This document shows, piece by piece, positions 17,229 through 29,138 of a stretch of DNA of 56,675 nucleotides. Position 1 is the first letter of the stretch; each line of letters opens with the position of its first letter. The position numbers and the translations under genes were made by a program. Source of the DNA: Methylomonas sp. (GTDB lineage Bacteria > Pseudomonadota > Gammaproteobacteria > Methylococcales > Methylomonadaceae); NCBI GenBank assembly GCA_026988195.1, contig JALSLS010000237.1:1-56675 (forward strand), read 5' to 3'. Below the pieces are notes generated by a model. It was not told the DNA's origin and did no database searches. It worked only from the letters and a program-made list of their open reading frames with translations.

Positions 17229-17612
17229 CTAATCTTCAGAAGAAAGCTCTACTTCAGGTCTATCAACTAACTCCACATAAGCCATAGGAGCCTGATCACC
17301 AGTCCTAAAACCACACTTAATTATTCTTACATAGCCTCCAGGACGAGTTTTGTACCTAGGACCTAGAACATTAAATAATTTAGTGACCACATCACGATCA
17401 CGCAATTTAGAAAATGCAAGTCTTCTTTTAGCAACAGAATCTTCTTTAGATAAAGTAATTAGCGGCTCAGCAAAGCCACGAAGCTCTTTAGCTTTAGGCA
17501 AAGTTGTTCTAATTAACTCATGTGAAAATAAAGAAGTAGCCATATTGCTAAACATAGCTTTGCGATGACTACTATTTCTATTTAACTGTCTTCCAGTTTT
17601 ACGATGTCTCAT
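17229..17612 (-). CDS. rplQ: 50S ribosomal protein L17
   Basis: 127 aa with [21 protein letters not shown]. It is the last gene of the alpha operon. Confidence 0.97.
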   Translation of the reverse strand: MRHRKTGRQLNRNSSHRKAMFSNMATSLFSHELIRTTLPKAKELRGFAEPLITLSKEDSVAKRRLAFSKLRDRDVVTKLFNVLGPRYKTRPGGYVRIIKCGFRTGDQAPMAYVELVDRPEVELSSED

Positions 17613-17626
17613 TTATTTTGACCTTT

Positions 17627-18637
17627 TTAATTAATACCAGTTTGACCTTGATCAATCAAGCTCTCAGGAGGCCAATTTTCAAGACGCATTCCTAATGACA
17701 AACCTTTTAATGCTAATATATCTTTAATCTCAGTAAGTGATTTCTTCCCGAGATTTGGTGTTTTCAATAATTCAACCTCAGTACGCTGAATCAAATCACC
17801 AATATAGAAAATGTTCTCAGCCTTCAAACAATTAGCAGATCTAACAGTTAATTCTAAATCATCAACAGGTCTTAATAAGACAGGATCAAATTCAGGCTCC
17901 TCAGGAACAACTTCTTCTATAACTTTTTCATTGACCTTCTCAAAGTCAACAAATACAGACAATTGATCATGTAATATCGTAGCAGCTAACTTAACCGTCT
18001 CTTCTGGATCAACAGTACCATTAGTTTCTAAATCAATAATCAATCTATCTAGATTTGTTCGTTGCTCAACCCGCGTACTCTCTACAGTATAAGCAACCCT
18101 AACAATTGGGCTAAAAGCAGCATCAATATGCAAAACACCAACAGGAGAAACAGAACCCTGCTCTTTTCGAACACTTGCAGGAATATAACCCCTGTTACGC
18201 TCAACCTTGAATTTAGCATTAAGCTTACCAGCATCAGTTAAATGAGCTATAACCAAATCAGGATTAACAATTTCAACATCATGCGGCAATACAATATCAC
18301 CTGCAGTAACAACTCCAGCACCTGTTTTAGACAGGGTTAACTCAACCTCATCTTTAGAGTGCATGATAATGGCAAGATTCTTTATATTCAGCAAGATATC
18401 TATAACATCTTCTTGAACACCATCAATCGTTGTATACTCGTGCTGAGCACCTTCTATCTCAGCCTCAGTTACCGCACAACCGGATATGGATGAGAGCATT
18501 ACACGTCTCAACGCATTCCCTAAAGAATGGCCAAAGCCTCTTTCAAAAGGCTCTATAACAATTCTAGAATGATTTACGTTATGACTGACAACCTCAACCA
18601 ATTTAGGCTTAAGTAGACCAGCAATAGTATTCTGCAT
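17627..18637 (-). CDS. rpoA: DNA-directed RNA polymerase subunit alpha
   Basis: 336 aa. It has the NTD ([15 protein letters not shown]) and the CTD ([22 protein letters not shown]). Confidence 0.98.
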   Translation of the reverse strand: MQNTIAGLLKPKLVEVVSHNVNHSRIVIEPFERGFGHSLGNALRRVMLSSISGCAVTEAEIEGAQHEYTTIDGVQEDVIDILLNIKNLAIIMHSKDEVELTLSKTGAGVVTAGDIVLPHDVEIVNPDLVIAHLTDAGKLNAKFKVERNRGYIPASVRKEQGSVSPVGVLHIDAAFSPIVRVAYTVESTRVEQRTNLDRLIIDLETNGTVDPEETVKLAATILHDQLSVFVDFEKVNEKVIEEVVPEEPEFDPVLLRPVDDLELTVRSANCLKAENIFYIGDLIQRTEVELLKTPNLGKKSLTEIKDILALKGLSLGMRLENWPPESLIDQGQTGIN

Positions 18638-18657
18638 AATTTATTTCTCAGTAAGGA

Positions 18658-19278
18658 TTATTTCGAGTAAAGCTCAACAACCAACTGCTCATTCATATCA
18701 GCACCCAATTCTTCTCTATCAGGGTATGACTTAAATACACCGGACATTGCTTTAGAATTCACTTCAACCCATGAAGGAAACCCATATTGCTCAGTCACAG
18801 ATAACGCATCAACAATACGCTGTTGTTTTTTTGCTTTTTCTCTGATCTTAACTTCATCACCAGCTTTTACCTGAAATGATGCTATGTTAGTTATCTGATC
18901 GTTTACCACGATAGATTTATGCGATACTAATTGACGAGCTTCAGCTCTAGTCGCAGCATATCCCATTCTATATACCACATTATCCAACCTTGCTTCTAAA
19001 AGGTTCAAAAGGTTAGTACCTGTAGCACCTTTCTTTAAATCAGCTGACTTATAGTAGTTTCTAAATTGCTTTTCAAGCACTCCATAGATTCTTCTAATTC
19101 TTTGCTTTGCACGTAACTGCAAGGCATAATCAGAATTTCTGGTTCTAGCAGTTCCATGCTGACCAGGTCTTTGTTCTAATTTACATTTTCCTTCAAGTGA
19201 CTTACCTCTTCCTTTCAAAAAAAGATCAGTACCTTCTCTACGACTTAACTTACAAGTTGGGCCAAGATATCTTGCCAT
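18658..19278 (-). CDS. rpsD: 30S ribosomal protein S4
   Basis: 206 aa with [22 protein letters not shown]. Confidence 0.97.
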   Translation of the reverse strand: MARYLGPTCKLSRREGTDLFLKGRGKSLEGKCKLEQRPGQHGTARTRNSDYALQLRAKQRIRRIYGVLEKQFRNYYKSADLKKGATGTNLLNLLEARLDNVVYRMGYAATRAEARQLVSHKSIVVNDQITNIASFQVKAGDEVKIREKAKKQQRIVDALSVTEQYGFPSWVEVNSKAMSGVFKSYPDREELGADMNEQLVVELYSK

Positions 19279-19299
19279 AACACACTACTCCAAAATATA

Positions 19300-19686
19300 T
19301 TAAACGCGACGTTTTTTAGGTGGGCGACAACCATTATGAGGAATAGGCGTTACATCAACGATATTGCTAATTTTAAAACCTAAATTATTTAATGATCTAA
19401 CTGCAGATTCACGACCAGGACCTGGACCCTTGATCATAACATCTAAATTTTTCATCCCATATTCAAGAGCCACGCTCCCAGCTCTTTCAGCTGCAACCTG
19501 AGCAGCAAAAGGAGTACTCTTACGAGACCCCCTAAAACCAGAACCGCCCGCAGTAGCCCAAGAAAGAGCATTACCCTTACGGTCTGTTATAGTTACTATT
19601 GTATTGTTAAAAGTTGCATGAACATGTGCTATGCCATCTGCAATTTCTTTTTTTATCCGTTTTTTAACACGTTTTTGAGTTGCCAT
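19300..19686 (-). CDS. rpsK: 30S ribosomal protein S11
   Basis: 128 aa with [18 protein letters not shown] and a C-terminal [12 protein letters not shown]. Confidence 0.97.
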   Translation of the reverse strand: MATQKRVKKRIKKEIADGIAHVHATFNNTIVTITDRKGNALSWATAGGSGFRGSRKSTPFAAQVAAERAGSVALEYGMKNLDVMIKGPGPGRESAVRSLNNLGFKISNIVDVTPIPHNGCRPPKKRRV

Positions 19687-19704
19687 TTTCTAAGCCTTGA
19701 TGTC

Positions 19705-20061
19705 TTATTTTCTGATTGGTTTACGAGGACCTTTACGCGTTCTAGCGTTTGTTTTAGTGCGTTGCCCTCTTAACGGCAAGCCTCTACGATGTCTAATCCC
19801 TCGATAACAACCCAAATCCATCAAACGCTTAATGTTCATTGACACTTCACGCCTAAGATCACCTTCAACAGTCATCGAAGTTAACAACTTACGAATTGAC
19901 TCAAGCTGCTCTTCTGATAGCTCTTTAATTTTAACTGCCGGCTCTATATTAACCTGTTTACATATGTCTCTGGCAGTTTGACGACCAACACCATAAATTG
20001 CTGTTAATGCAATTTCTGCGTGCTTATGGTCTGCTACATTGATTCCGGCAATACGTGCCAT
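19705..20061 (-). CDS. rpsM: 30S ribosomal protein S13
   Basis: 118 aa with MARIAGINV...YGVG. Confidence 0.97.
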   Translation of the reverse strand: MARIAGINVADHKHAEIALTAIYGVGRQTARDICKQVNIEPAVKIKELSEEQLESIRKLLTSMTVEGDLRREVSMNIKRLMDLGCYRGIRHRRGLPLRGQRTKTNARTRKGPRKPIRK

Positions 20062-20101
20062 CTAGATACTCCTACTTCGGTACTCTAAAGTTAAGCGCGC
20101 A

Positions 20102-20130
20102 ATTATAGCATGACGGTATATTATGCGCAA
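20102..20130 (-). promoter_or_regulatory. Candidate alpha-operon promoter
   Basis: The minus strand reads TTGCGC, a 17-nt spacer, then TATAAT, followed by the GC-rich discriminator tgcgcgc. It lies between the rpmJ stop and the rpsM start. Confidence 0.5.
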
Positions 20131-20136
20131 CAAAAA

Positions 20137-20250
20137 TTAACCCTGACGTTGTTTATGACGCCCGTCTTTACAAATGACGCGTAAAACGCCTTTTCTTTTT
20201 ACTACTTTGCAATTTCTACAAATCTTTTTTACAGATGCCCGTACTTTCAC
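20137..20250 (-). CDS. rpmJ: 50S ribosomal protein L36 (absent from the ORF track, which lists no ORF shorter than 60 aa)
   Basis: My hand translation of the minus strand gives (GTG)[37 protein letters not shown]-stop, 37 aa. It has the CxxC...C...H zinc-ribbon pattern, a GTG start, and AGAGG 8 nt upstream. Confidence 0.93.
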   Translation of the reverse strand: MKVRASVKKICRNCKVVKRKGVLRVICKDGRHKQRQG

Positions 20251-20288
20251 AGTGCATACCTCTTTTTAATTAAATTTCAAAAACAATT

Positions 20289-20311
20289 CCCCAACCCATC
20301 AAGGGTTGGGG
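20289..20311 (-). terminator. GC-rich hairpin between secY and rpmJ (terminator/attenuator-like)
   Basis: ccccaaccc-atcaa-gggttgggg is a perfect 9-bp stem. On the minus strand it is followed by aattgtttttgaaattt. Confidence 0.45.
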
Positions 20312-20367
20312 TATTTTTCCGCATCAGCCAACCCTAAAAAGAGCACACTAAAGATACAGGGATAAAA

Positions 20368-21690
20368 TTATTTTTTAAGCTTAGCTTTCTTCATTAAGCC
20401 ATCATATTGTTGCGACATCATATGCGTTTGAAGTTGTGATATAAAATCCATAACAACTACAACGATAATTAACAATGACGTACCACCAAAATAGAAAGGA
20501 ACATTCCAATATACAATCATAAACTCAGGCAACAAACAAACCAATGTTATATAAAAAGCACCGACCAAAGTTAACCTGGTCATAACCTTATCAATATATG
20601 TTGTAGTCTGCTCCCCAGGCCTTATACCTGGTAAAAATGCACCAGATCTTTTCAAATTATCAGCTGTATCTTTTGAGTTGAACACCAATGCGGTGTAGAA
20701 AAAACAGAAAAATATAATAGCTGCAGCATAAAAAAGAACATATATTGGCTGACCAGGCGATAACATTGTTGAAACATCCTGCAACCAACCAAACCCTTCA
20801 TTACTACTAAACCAACCCGCAATAGTAGAAGGGAATAAAATAATACTTGATGCAAAAATAGGTGGAATCACTCCCGCCATATTTATTTTTAAGGGTAAAA
20901 AACTACTTTGCCCCGCCATCATTTTCCTACCCTGCTGCCTCTTAGGGTAGTTGATAATAATTCGCCTCTGCCCTCTTTCTACAAAGACAACAAGAGCGGT
21001 AACACCGATAGCAACTAAGAACAACAGAACAATAAAAGCTCCATTCATCTCTCCTGTCCTTGCTAACTCCAAGGTTCCACCAATAGCAGAAGGAAGACCC
21101 GATACAATACCCGCGAAGATTATTAAAGAAATCCCATTCCCAATCCCACGCTCAGTTACCTGCTCACCAAGCCACATTAGAAAGACCGTACCAGTCACTA
21201 AAGTAATAGCGGTAATAACCACAAAACTAGTGCCAGGATTAATAACAACACCAAGACCGCCTGCAGTTTGGTTTTGCAAAGCCATTGAAATACCAATGGC
21301 TTGAAAAGTAGCCAAGACCACGGTGCCATAACGGGTATATTGTGAAATCTTTCTACGACCAGACTCCCCTTCTTTCTTAATCTGCTCCATTGCAGGCACA
21401 ATAACCGTCATCAACTGCATAATAATAGATGCAGAAATATAAGGCATAATCCCAAGAGCAAAAAGGCTTAGGCGCATCAAAGCCCCCCCCGAAAACATAT
21501 TAAACATATCAAGTATCGAACCACTTTGCTGTTCAAACATGATTGCTAATGCTTTAGGGTCAATCCCTGGAACAGGAATATGAGCCCCAACACGGTAGAC
21601 TACGAAGGCTCCAAGCACAAACAATAATCTTGTTTTTAGCTCAGAAAAACCTCCCATTTTACTAGCCATTTCAGCTCTTGAAGTACTCAC
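20368..21690 (-). CDS. secY: Preprotein translocase subunit SecY
   Basis: 440 aa with 10 TM segments. Conserved SecY blocks include [11 protein letters not shown] and [11 protein letters not shown]. Confidence 0.98.
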   Translation of the reverse strand: MSTSRAEMASKMGGFSELKTRLLFVLGAFVVYRVGAHIPVPGIDPKALAIMFEQQSGSILDMFNMFSGGALMRLSLFALGIMPYISASIIMQLMTVIVPAMEQIKKEGESGRRKISQYTRYGTVVLATFQAIGISMALQNQTAGGLGVVINPGTSFVVITAITLVTGTVFLMWLGEQVTERGIGNGISLIIFAGIVSGLPSAIGGTLELARTGEMNGAFIVLLFLVAIGVTALVVFVERGQRRIIINYPKRQQGRKMMAGQSSFLPLKINMAGVIPPIFASSIILFPSTIAGWFSSNEGFGWLQDVSTMLSPGQPIYVLFYAAAIIFFCFFYTALVFNSKDTADNLKRSGAFLPGIRPGEQTTTYIDKVMTRLTLVGAFYITLVCLLPEFMIVYWNVPFYFGGTSLLIIVVVVMDFISQLQTHMMSQQYDGLMKKAKLKK

Positions 21691-22125
21691 TTAAACCTCT
21701 ACTTTTCCACCAGCGGCTTCAATTGAAACCCTTGCTCCAGCAGTAACTTTTAAACCTTTAATTGTAACTGATTTAGAAATTTCACCAGACTGAATAACTT
21801 TTACTGTTTTAGAAAACATCGGTACAAGATTAGCATCTACCAATGCTTTTAAATCAACCACATCAACTGAAAGTGAACCAATTTCGAACAGTGTGACCTG
21901 AGATGAATATTTTTTTACTCTTGAAGTAAAACCAACCTTCGGTAATCTTCGCTGCAAAGGCATTTGACCACCTTCAAAACCTACTTTAGGCATTCCACCA
22001 CTACGTGATTTTTGACCTTTATGACCTCGACCACACGTCTTACCAAGAGTTGAGCCAATTCCTCGACCTACTCTTTTACGCACTTTACGAGAACCATATG
22101 CCGACTGAATTGTATTTAAATACAT
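21691..22125 (-). CDS. rplO: 50S ribosomal protein L15
   Basis: 144 aa with [25 protein letters not shown]. Confidence 0.97.
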   Translation of the reverse strand: MYLNTIQSAYGSRKVRKRVGRGIGSTLGKTCGRGHKGQKSRSGGMPKVGFEGGQMPLQRRLPKVGFTSRVKKYSSQVTLFEIGSLSVDVVDLKALVDANLVPMFSKTVKVIQSGEISKSVTIKGLKVTAGARVSIEAAGGKVEV

Positions 22126-22310
22126 TACACTTCCTCTACTTTCAGCATGTAAGATACTTTATTGATCATCCCGCGATTCTCAGGAGTATCAATTACTTCA
22201 ACAGTATGTCGTATCTTTCTTAAACCTAAACCTTTTAAGCAAGCTTGATGACTTTTAAGTCGACCAATTTTACTTTTAGTCATAGTAACACTTAATTTTT
22301 TATCAGCCAT
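22125..22310 (-). CDS. rpmD: 50S ribosomal protein L30
   Basis: 61 aa, lying between rpsE and rplO. The motif [12 protein letters not shown] is present. Confidence 0.95.
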   Translation of the reverse strand: MADKKLSVTMTKSKIGRLKSHQACLKGLGLRKIRHTVEVIDTPENRGMINKVSYMLKVEEV

Positions 22311-22315
22311 AATGA

Positions 22316-22828
22316 CTACCCAGTTATTTTTTCAACAGACAAACCGCGTTTTGCAGCAATTTGTTCAGCATTGTTCATTTCAGACAAGCCTTTGATTGTT
22401 GCTCTAACAACATTGATTGGATTGTTTGTCCCAATACATTTAGCAAGAACATTGTGTACACCAACGACTTCAAACACAGCACGCATAGCACCACCAGCAA
22501 TTACGCCAGTACCTTCTGATGCAGGCTGCATATATACTTTTGCAGCACCAGTTTCACCTGTTACTGTGTATTGTAAAGTTCCATCTTTCAGATGAACTTT
22601 ACGCATATTCTTTCTAGCTTGTTCTAAAGATTTCTGAATAGCAATAGGCACCTCTTTAGCCTTGCTTACTCCATAACCAACTCGCCCTTGACCATCACCA
22701 ACAACTGTTAAAGCAGCAAAGCCAAAAACTCTACCCCCTTTAACAACTTTAGCAACACGTCGAACCGAAACTAACTTTTCTTGCAAACCATCTGCACTTG
22801 CTTGACCTTGAGGTCCTGATGTAGCCAT
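22316..22828 (-). CDS. rpsE: 30S ribosomal protein S5
   Basis: 170 aa with [19 protein letters not shown]. Confidence 0.97.
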   Translation of the reverse strand: MATSGPQGQASADGLQEKLVSVRRVAKVVKGGRVFGFAALTVVGDGQGRVGYGVSKAKEVPIAIQKSLEQARKNMRKVHLKDGTLQYTVTGETGAAKVYMQPASEGTGVIAGGAMRAVFEVVGVHNVLAKCIGTNNPINVVRATIKGLSEMNNAEQIAAKRGLSVEKITG

Positions 22829-22837
22829 TATATTCTC

Positions 22838-23191
22838 CTAGAACTTCAAACCAGCTTCACGTGCCGCTTCAGCTAACGCCTTGACACGACCATGATATTT
22901 AAAACCAGAACGATCAAAAGCAACATTTGTAACACCTGCTTCCAACGCTCTTTTAGCAACCAACTCACCAACCAAAGTAGCAGATTCAGAATTTCCAGTG
23001 CTTTTAGCACTCGACTTTACATCTGCATCCAAAGTAGAGGCACTCGCAATTGTTGCTGTACCATCTTCGCTAATGACTTGCGCATATATATGCTGTGAAG
23101 TCCTATGAACAGTTAGTCTACTAACGCCCAACTGCTTAATTTTACAGCGCTGTCTTAATGCCCGTTTTAAACGAGCCGCTTTCTTATCCAT
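22838..23191 (-). CDS. rplR: 50S ribosomal protein L18
   Basis: 117 aa with [16 protein letters not shown] and [16 protein letters not shown]. Confidence 0.97.
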   Translation of the reverse strand: MDKKAARLKRALRQRCKIKQLGVSRLTVHRTSQHIYAQVISEDGTATIASASTLDADVKSSAKSTGNSESATLVGELVAKRALEAGVTNVAFDRSGFKYHGRVKALAEAAREAGLKF

Positions 23192-23200
23192 TATCTTAAC

Positions 23201-23734
23201 CTACTTCTTCTTGGCTTCTTTTCTAGCAACATGCTCATCAGTATATCTCACACCCTTACCTTTATAAGGTTCTGGTGGGCGAAACCCTCTGATTTCAGAT
23301 GCAACCTGTCCAACTTTTTGTTTATCAGTACCTTTTACAGTCAATTCTGTCTGGCTAACTGCCTCAACAGTTATACCTTCAGGCACTTGATATTCGATTG
23401 GATTTGAAAAACCCAAAGCTAGCGTAAGTGTGTTTCCTTTAAGTGATGCTCTGTAACCCACACCGATCAAGGTTAGTTTTTTCTCAAAACCTTTAGAAAC
23501 ACCAGTGATCATATTAGAAATTGAAGCCCTTGCTGTACCTGCTTGAGCAGTTGACTTCTTGACTGCATCATCCCATTTCACTTGGATAACATTGTCATTT
23601 ATTTCTATAGACACATCATTATGTAATTTATAAGACATTTGACCACCAGTCCCTTTAATGGTCACATCTCTTCCGTCTATTTTAACATCGACACCATTAG
23701 GTATGGTAACCGGTGATTTCGCTACTCTTGACAT
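23201..23734 (-). CDS. rplF: 50S ribosomal protein L6
   Basis: 177 aa with MSRVAKSPVTIPNGVDV. Confidence 0.97.
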   Translation of the reverse strand: MSRVAKSPVTIPNGVDVKIDGRDVTIKGTGGQMSYKLHNDVSIEINDNVIQVKWDDAVKKSTAQAGTARASISNMITGVSKGFEKKLTLIGVGYRASLKGNTLTLALGFSNPIEYQVPEGITVEAVSQTELTVKGTDKQKVGQVASEIRGFRPPEPYKGKGVRYTDEHVARKEAKKK

Positions 23735-23749
23735 AAAATAACCTACTAC

Positions 23750-24145
23750 TTAACAAACAGTGCAAATAACTTCACCGCCATGCCCAATTGCTCGAGCCGC
23801 ACGATCTGTCATTACACCATTTGAAGTTGAAACTATAGCGATACCGAGACCTGCTAAAACTTTCGGCAACTCATCCTTAGACTTATAAATTCTCAAACCA
23901 GGTCTACTGATTCTTTTTACTTTTTCAATAACAGCCTTACCTTGAAAATATTTTAAGTCGATAGTCATTTCTGAATGACTTCCGGTTGTTTCAACCTTAT
24001 AGTCAGTTATATAACCTTCTTCTTTTAATACATTTACAATTGCTACTTTCAACTTAGATGAAGGCAATTTTACATTTTTCTTTCCTGCAGTTTGACCATT
24101 TCTAACTCTAGTCAACATATCTGCAATTGGATCACTCATACTCAT
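23750..24145 (-). CDS. rpsH: 30S ribosomal protein S8
   Basis: [18 protein letters not shown] matches the S8 N-terminus. The start is set at the internal ATG (131 aa), preceded by GGAGA. The 21-codon ORF-track extension would overlap rpsN. Confidence 0.96.
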   Translation of the reverse strand: MSMSDPIADMLTRVRNGQTAGKKNVKLPSSKLKVAIVNVLKEEGYITDYKVETTGSHSEMTIDLKYFQGKAVIEKVKRISRPGLRIYKSKDELPKVLAGLGIAIVSTSNGVMTDRAARAIGHGGEVICTVC

Positions 24146-24173
24146 ATTATTTCTCCAAAAAACTGTTAACCAG

Positions 24174-24479
24174 TTACCAGCTTGCCTTAGACAAACCAGG
24201 AACGTCACCTCGCATAGTTGCTTCTCTTAGCATATTACGGCTAAGACCGAATTTACGGTAAACACCATGTGGACGACCTGTAAGCTGACAGCGGTTACGC
24301 TGCCTACTAGGACTCGAGTCTCTTGGAAGTTTCTGCAGCTTAATACTTGCCGCCTCTTTATCTTCAAATGAAGCTTCTGGATCAATGATTATTGCTTTCA
24401 AAGATCTTCTTTTAGCTTCAAATTTACCGACTAATTTAGTACGCTTGTTTTCACGTGCAATCATCGATTTTTTAGCCAT
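24174..24479 (-). CDS. rpsN: 30S ribosomal protein S14
   Basis: 101 aa with [13 protein letters not shown] and a C-terminal [18 protein letters not shown]. Confidence 0.97.
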   Translation of the reverse strand: MAKKSMIARENKRTKLVGKFEAKRRSLKAIIIDPEASFEDKEAASIKLQKLPRDSSPSRQRNRCQLTGRPHGVYRKFGLSRNMLREATMRGDVPGLSKASW

Positions 24480-24490
24480 TTTTACGCCCT

Positions 24491-25030
24491 TTAGTTCTTA
24501 AATGGAAAATTGAAAAGCTTAATTAACGCAAGCCCTTCTTCATTTGTTCCCGCAGTGGTTGTGATAGAAATATCCATTCCACGCAGTGTGTCAATTTTGT
24601 CATAATCAATCTCAGGAAAGATTATTTGCTCTGTCACACCCATTGAATAATTTCCACGACCATCAAAGCTTTTAGGACTCATTCCCCGAAAATCACGAAT
24701 CCGAGGAATTGCAATACTTATCAATCTGTCTAGAAACTCGTACATTTTATCACTACGTAATGTAACTTTACATCCGATAGCCATATCATCACGAATTTTA
24801 AAACCAGCAATTGATTTTCTTGACAATGTTACAACAGGCTTTTGACCAGAGATTTTCTCCATGTCAGAAAGCGCTGCTTGTAATACTTTTTTATCTGCTA
24901 CAGCTGCACCAACACCCATATTAAGGGTTATTTTGGTTAATTTTGGCACTTGCATTACTGATTTGTAGCCAAATTGCTTCTGTAAAGCAGGGATTATTTT
25001 TTCTTTATATTCTGTTTCTAGTCTAGCCAT
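24491..25030 (-). CDS. rplE: 50S ribosomal protein L5
   Basis: 179 aa with [16 protein letters not shown]. Confidence 0.97.
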   Translation of the reverse strand: MARLETEYKEKIIPALQKQFGYKSVMQVPKLTKITLNMGVGAAVADKKVLQAALSDMEKISGQKPVVTLSRKSIAGFKIRDDMAIGCKVTLRSDKMYEFLDRLISIAIPRIRDFRGMSPKSFDGRGNYSMGVTEQIIFPEIDYDKIDTLRGMDISITTTAGTNEEGLALIKLFNFPFKN

Positions 25031-25043
25031 GATTTTTTATACC

Positions 25044-25361
25044 TTATGCATCAACTACTTCGTTTGTAGATTTAAAATATCTGACTTTCTTTCCATCTTC
25101 TAGAAACCTGAAGCCAACTCTATCAGCCTTTTTTGTTTCAGGATTATACAAAGCAACATTAGATATACTGATTGGCATATCTTTATCAATTATACCACCT
25201 TGTATTCCTGCATTAGGATTTCCTTTGGTATGTTTTTTTGCTCGGTTAATCCCTTCAACTAAGACCTTAGCATTATCAATTACTCTTAAGATCTTACCTT
25301 GCTTACCTTTATCCTTACCAATAAGGACGATGACTTCATCACCTTTCTTTAACTTTTGCAT
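25044..25361 (-). CDS. rplX: 50S ribosomal protein L24
   Basis: It has the KOW motif [24 protein letters not shown]. The start is set at the internal ATG (105 aa), 10 nt after the rplN stop. Confidence 0.95.
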   Translation of the reverse strand: MQKLKKGDEVIVLIGKDKGKQGKILRVIDNAKVLVEGINRAKKHTKGNPNAGIQGGIIDKDMPISISNVALYNPETKKADRVGFRFLEDGKKVRYFKSTNEVVDA

Positions 25362-25371
25362 TTGGTCTACC

Positions 25372-25740
25372 TTATAAAACTTCAGGAGCAAGTGAGATTA
25401 TCTTCATATATTTCTCACCTCTCAATTCACGCGTTACAGGCCCAAATATACGCGTCCCTACTGGCTGTAAATTGGCATTTAAAATAACAGCAGCATTTCC
25501 GTCAAAACGAATAACTGAACCGTCAGGCCTACGAACACCTTTACGTGTACGCACTACTAATGCATTATAAACCTCGCCTTTTTTTACTTTTCCACGAGGA
25601 ATTACATCTCTAATACTCACCTTTATTATGTCGCCAATACCCGCATACCGCCTGTGTGAGCCGCCCAACACTTTGATACACATGACCTTTTTTGCACCGC
25701 TATTATCAGCAATATCAAGGCTAGTTTGCATCTGAATCAT
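25372..25740 (-). CDS. rplN: 50S ribosomal protein L14
   Basis: 122 aa with [17 protein letters not shown]. Confidence 0.97.
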   Translation of the reverse strand: MIQMQTSLDIADNSGAKKVMCIKVLGGSHRRYAGIGDIIKVSIRDVIPRGKVKKGEVYNALVVRTRKGVRRPDGSVIRFDGNAAVILNANLQPVGTRIFGPVTRELRGEKYMKIISLAPEVL

Positions 25741-25792
25741 TGTTAAATCCCAGTTATTTCAATTAATCTTACCAAATATATAACTTCGCTTC

Positions 25793-26047
25793 TTATAGAA
25801 CCGAAACTAATTTGTATGTTTTATTTTTTGACAAAGGTCTACATGAAGTTATAGATACTACATCACCTTCTTTAGCTTCATTATTTTCATCATGAGCCAA
25901 AAACTTAGTTGATCTTTTAACATATTTCCCATAGATAGGAAATTTAACAAGACGCTCAACTAAAACAGTAATTGTTTTATCCATTTTGTCACTTACAACA
26001 CGGCCTGTAACCGTACGTATTTTTGCTTCATTTTCACTCATACTCAT
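25793..26047 (-). CDS. rpsQ: 30S ribosomal protein S17
   Basis: 84 aa with [18 protein letters not shown]. Confidence 0.96.
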   Translation of the reverse strand: MSMSENEAKIRTVTGRVVSDKMDKTITVLVERLVKFPIYGKYVKRSTKFLAHDENNEAKEGDVVSITSCRPLSKNKTYKLVSVL

Positions 26048-26238
26048 GCACCTGCCATTTCAGTTAATATCGTATGAATTCGGGCAATATCATGCCTTAC
26101 TTTCTTCACTTGATCAGGTCTAGACAGTTGCCCTGTACCTTTTTGCATTCTCAGATTAAACTGTTCTTTACCTTTTTCAAGTAACAACTCATTTAATTCT
26201 TCTTTTGTCTTTTGACGTAATTCGCTCGCAATCATCAC
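26044..26238 (-). CDS. rpmC: 50S ribosomal protein L29
   Basis: 64 aa with [17 protein letters not shown]. It has 4-nt overlaps with both neighbouring genes. Confidence 0.95.
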   Translation of the reverse strand: MMIASELRQKTKEELNELLLEKGKEQFNLRMQKGTGQLSRPDQVKKVRHDIARIHTILTEMAGA

Positions 26239-26648
26239 ATTATAGTCCGTGCTACAAAGTTTGTTTTAACAGGTAATTTAGCCGCCGCCAATATAAAAGC
26301 TTCGCGAGCTATATTTTCAGGTACACCCTGAATTTCATATAACATAGTTCCTGGCTTAACATTTGCAACCCAGAATTCCACACTACCCTTACCTTTACCC
26401 ATCCGTACTTCAAGAGGCTTTTTAGTGATAGGTCTATCAGGAAAAATTCTAATCCACATTTTTCCCTGCCTCTTCACATGACGCGAAATAGTTCTTCGCG
26501 CAGCTTCAATTTGACGGGCTGTTATTCTACCACGACTTACAGACTTTAATCCATATTCACCAAAACTTACTGATGAACCACGAACAGCAATCCCATTATT
26601 TCTACCTTTATGCTGCTTACGAAACTTCGTTCTTTTAGGTTGAAGCAT
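26235..26648 (-). CDS. rplP: 50S ribosomal protein L16
   Basis: 137 aa with [16 protein letters not shown]. Confidence 0.97.
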   Translation of the reverse strand: MLQPKRTKFRKQHKGRNNGIAVRGSSVSFGEYGLKSVSRGRITARQIEAARRTISRHVKRQGKMWIRIFPDRPITKKPLEVRMGKGKGSVEFWVANVKPGTMLYEIQGVPENIAREAFILAAAKLPVKTNFVARTIM

Positions 26649-26664
26649 TTTCTCGTCCCTTCAA

Positions 26665-27339
26665 CTATTTTTTAGAGTTAGATTTATCAGATGCTGCAGT
26701 GCGCGCATCCATGTCAAATACTTCACCTTTAAAGATCCAGACTTTAATGCCTATAATCCCATAAGTAGTATTCGCTTCTGCAGTACCATAATCAATATCA
26801 GCACGCAAAGTATGCAGAGGTACTCGACCTTCTCGATACCATTCACCACGGGCAATTTCTGCACCGTTCAAACGACCCGCTACGTTAATTTTAATACCTT
26901 CCGCACCCAAACGCATTGTATTTGTTACAGCACGTTTCATTGCACGACGATACATTATTCTTTTTTCAAGCTGCTGAGCAATACCTTCTGCAACCAATGT
27001 TGCATCTAACTCAGGCTTTCTAATTTCTTCAACATTGATCTTGACAGGAACGCCCATCATTTTTGAAACTTCTAGCTTCAATTTATCAATATCTTCGCCT
27101 TTTTTACCGATTACAATCCCTGGTCTCGCAGTATGCACTGTTATTTGTGCATTATTTGCTGGACGATTGATTTGTATCCGACTCACTGACGCATGAGATA
27201 GCTTAGTTTTTATATACTCACGAACCTTTAAATCTTGAAGTAAGAATATAGGATAGTTTTGGCTATTTGCATACCATCTTGATGTCCAATCTTTGACAAT
27301 CCCAAGACGTATACCCGTTGGATGTACCTTCTGACCCAT
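26665..27339 (-). CDS. rpsC: 30S ribosomal protein S3
   Basis: 224 aa with [18 protein letters not shown]. Confidence 0.97.
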   Translation of the reverse strand: MGQKVHPTGIRLGIVKDWTSRWYANSQNYPIFLLQDLKVREYIKTKLSHASVSRIQINRPANNAQITVHTARPGIVIGKKGEDIDKLKLEVSKMMGVPVKINVEEIRKPELDATLVAEGIAQQLEKRIMYRRAMKRAVTNTMRLGAEGIKINVAGRLNGAEIARGEWYREGRVPLHTLRADIDYGTAEANTTYGIIGIKVWIFKGEVFDMDARTAASDKSNSKK

Positions 27340-27347
27340 TTTGACCC

Positions 27348-27686
27348 CTACTCGACTTCTGAGACTTTAACTGTTATGTGGCATGTTCTTTTCAGGATAT
27401 GATTTGCACGTCCCTTTGCTCTCGCACGAACTCTCTTTAACGTTGAACCTTCATTTACAAATACCGTTGAAACAAAAAGCTCATCTACATCAGCACTTTC
27501 GTTATGTTCAGCATTAGCAATTGCAGACTCAAGCACTTTGACTATTATAGTTGCAGCTTTTTTAGTACTGAACTTCAAAGTGTTCAATGCTTTTTCAACT
27601 GGCAACCCACGTATCTGATCACCAACTAATCTTGCTTTTTGAGCAGATAATGGAGCATTACTTAATTTTGCAGAAATTTCCATCAT
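27348..27686 (-). CDS. rplV: 50S ribosomal protein L22
   Basis: It has [14 protein letters not shown]. There are three consecutive possible starts: GTG at 27689, ATG at 27686 and ATG at 27683. I chose the ATG at 27686, which is 5 nt after AAGAGG. Confidence 0.94.
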   Translation of the reverse strand: MMEISAKLSNAPLSAQKARLVGDQIRGLPVEKALNTLKFSTKKAATIIVKVLESAIANAEHNESADVDELFVSTVFVNEGSTLKRVRARAKGRANHILKRTCHITVKVSEVE

Positions 27687-27688
27687 CA

Positions 27689-27964
27689 CTACCTCTTAGA
27701 TTTCTTATCAACAACATGGCCTCTATAAGTACGAGTCGGTGAAAACTCACCCAACTTATGCCCTACCATGTTTTCAGAAATCAACACTGGTATATGTTGA
27801 CGACCATTATGAACAGCTATAGTTAGACCAAGCATATCAGGACTAATCATAGATCTTCTTGACCAGGTTTTAATTGGTTTCCGATTATTTGTATCAACCG
27901 CTACCTCAACCTTCTTAAGCAGATGATGATCAATAAACGGACCTTTTTTAATTGAACGTGGCAC
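27689..27964 (-). CDS. rpsS: 30S ribosomal protein S19
   Basis: 91 aa with [19 protein letters not shown]. Confidence 0.97.
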   Translation of the reverse strand: MPRSIKKGPFIDHHLLKKVEVAVDTNNRKPIKTWSRRSMISPDMLGLTIAVHNGRQHIPVLISENMVGHKLGEFSPTRTYRGHVVDKKSKR

Positions 27965-27976
27965 TATTTACACCCC

Positions 27977-28804
27977 TTATTTCTTATTACGGCGTCTGAC
28001 AATCATTTTGTCAGTACGTTTGTTTTTACGAGTTTTATAACCTTTAGCTGGTGTTCCCCATGGAGACACAGGATGCCTACCACCAGAAGTTCGCCCTTCA
28101 CCACCACCATGCGGATGATCCACCGGGTTCATAGCAACACCTCGAACCGTAGGTCTAATACCTCTACGTCTTGATGCACCAGCATTCCCTAATGATATCA
28201 AGTTATGTTCAGAATTTGACACTTCTCCGATAACAGCTCTACAATCAGACAAAACTTTACGCATTTCACCTGAACGCAAACGAAGTGTGACATGAGCCCC
28301 ATCTTTAGCAACCAACTGCGCTGATGTACCGGCACTTCTTGCAACCTGAGCACCCTTACCTGGCTTCAATTCAATACAGTGAACTGTTGAACCAAGCGGC
28401 ATATTGCGCAAAGGCATACAATTACCATTTTTCACAGGAACAGTTTCAGCTGAAATAATTTCCTGCCCAACTTTTATTCCTGCTGGGGCAATAATGTATC
28501 TACGCTCACCATCTTTAAATAATAGCAATGCGATGTTTGCAGTTCTATTTGGATCATACTCAAGCGTTTCAACAACAGCCGGAATATCCAATTTATTTCT
28601 TTTGAAATCGATAATTCGATAGTGCTGCTTATGCCCACCACCGATATGACGAGTAGTAATTCTACCCTGATTATTCCTTCCACCCGTTTTACTTTTCTTT
28701 TCTAATAGAGGTGCAAATGGCTTACCCTTATGCAATTCGTCATTTTTAATACGAATTACAAATCGCGAGCCTGGGGAAGTCGGTTTAGATTTTAGAATAG
28801 CCAT
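27977..28804 (-). CDS. rplB: 50S ribosomal protein L2
   Basis: 275 aa with [15 protein letters not shown]. Confidence 0.98.
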   Translation of the reverse strand: MAILKSKPTSPGSRFVIRIKNDELHKGKPFAPLLEKKSKTGGRNNQGRITTRHIGGGHKQHYRIIDFKRNKLDIPAVVETLEYDPNRTANIALLLFKDGERRYIIAPAGIKVGQEIISAETVPVKNGNCMPLRNMPLGSTVHCIELKPGKGAQVARSAGTSAQLVAKDGAHVTLRLRSGEMRKVLSDCRAVIGEVSNSEHNLISLGNAGASRRRGIRPTVRGVAMNPVDHPHGGGEGRTSGGRHPVSPWGTPAKGYKTRKNKRTDKMIVRRRNKK

Positions 28805-28838
28805 TGCTTTCTACCGTTTTATATATAATTTAAGTTAT

Positions 28839-29138
28839 TTATGCCGAAGCAAAATCAATGTCGTGACCAGCTTTTAGCTTTACGTAAGCTTTTTTCCAGT
28901 CAGACCTTTTACCTAGAGCACCACCAAAACGCTTAATTTTTCCTTTAACATTAAGCACTTGAACAGTTTCAACTTCGACGTCAAACATTAATTCGACAGC
29001 CTTTTTGACCTCTAGCTTTGTTGCAACCTTTTGAACCTTAAATACAAAACGATTACTATCTTCAACTGCAAGCGTACTCTTTTCAGAGACTACTGGAGCC
29101 AATATCACATTGGCTAATTTATTTTTCTCTAGACTCAT
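28839..29138 (-). CDS. rplW: 50S ribosomal protein L23
   Basis: 99 aa, lying between rplD and rplB. The motif VFKVQKVATKLEVKKAVE is present. Confidence 0.96.
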   Translation of the reverse strand: MSLEKNKLANVILAPVVSEKSTLAVEDSNRFVFKVQKVATKLEVKKAVELMFDVEVETVQVLNVKGKIKRFGGALGKRSDWKKAYVKLKAGHDIDFASA

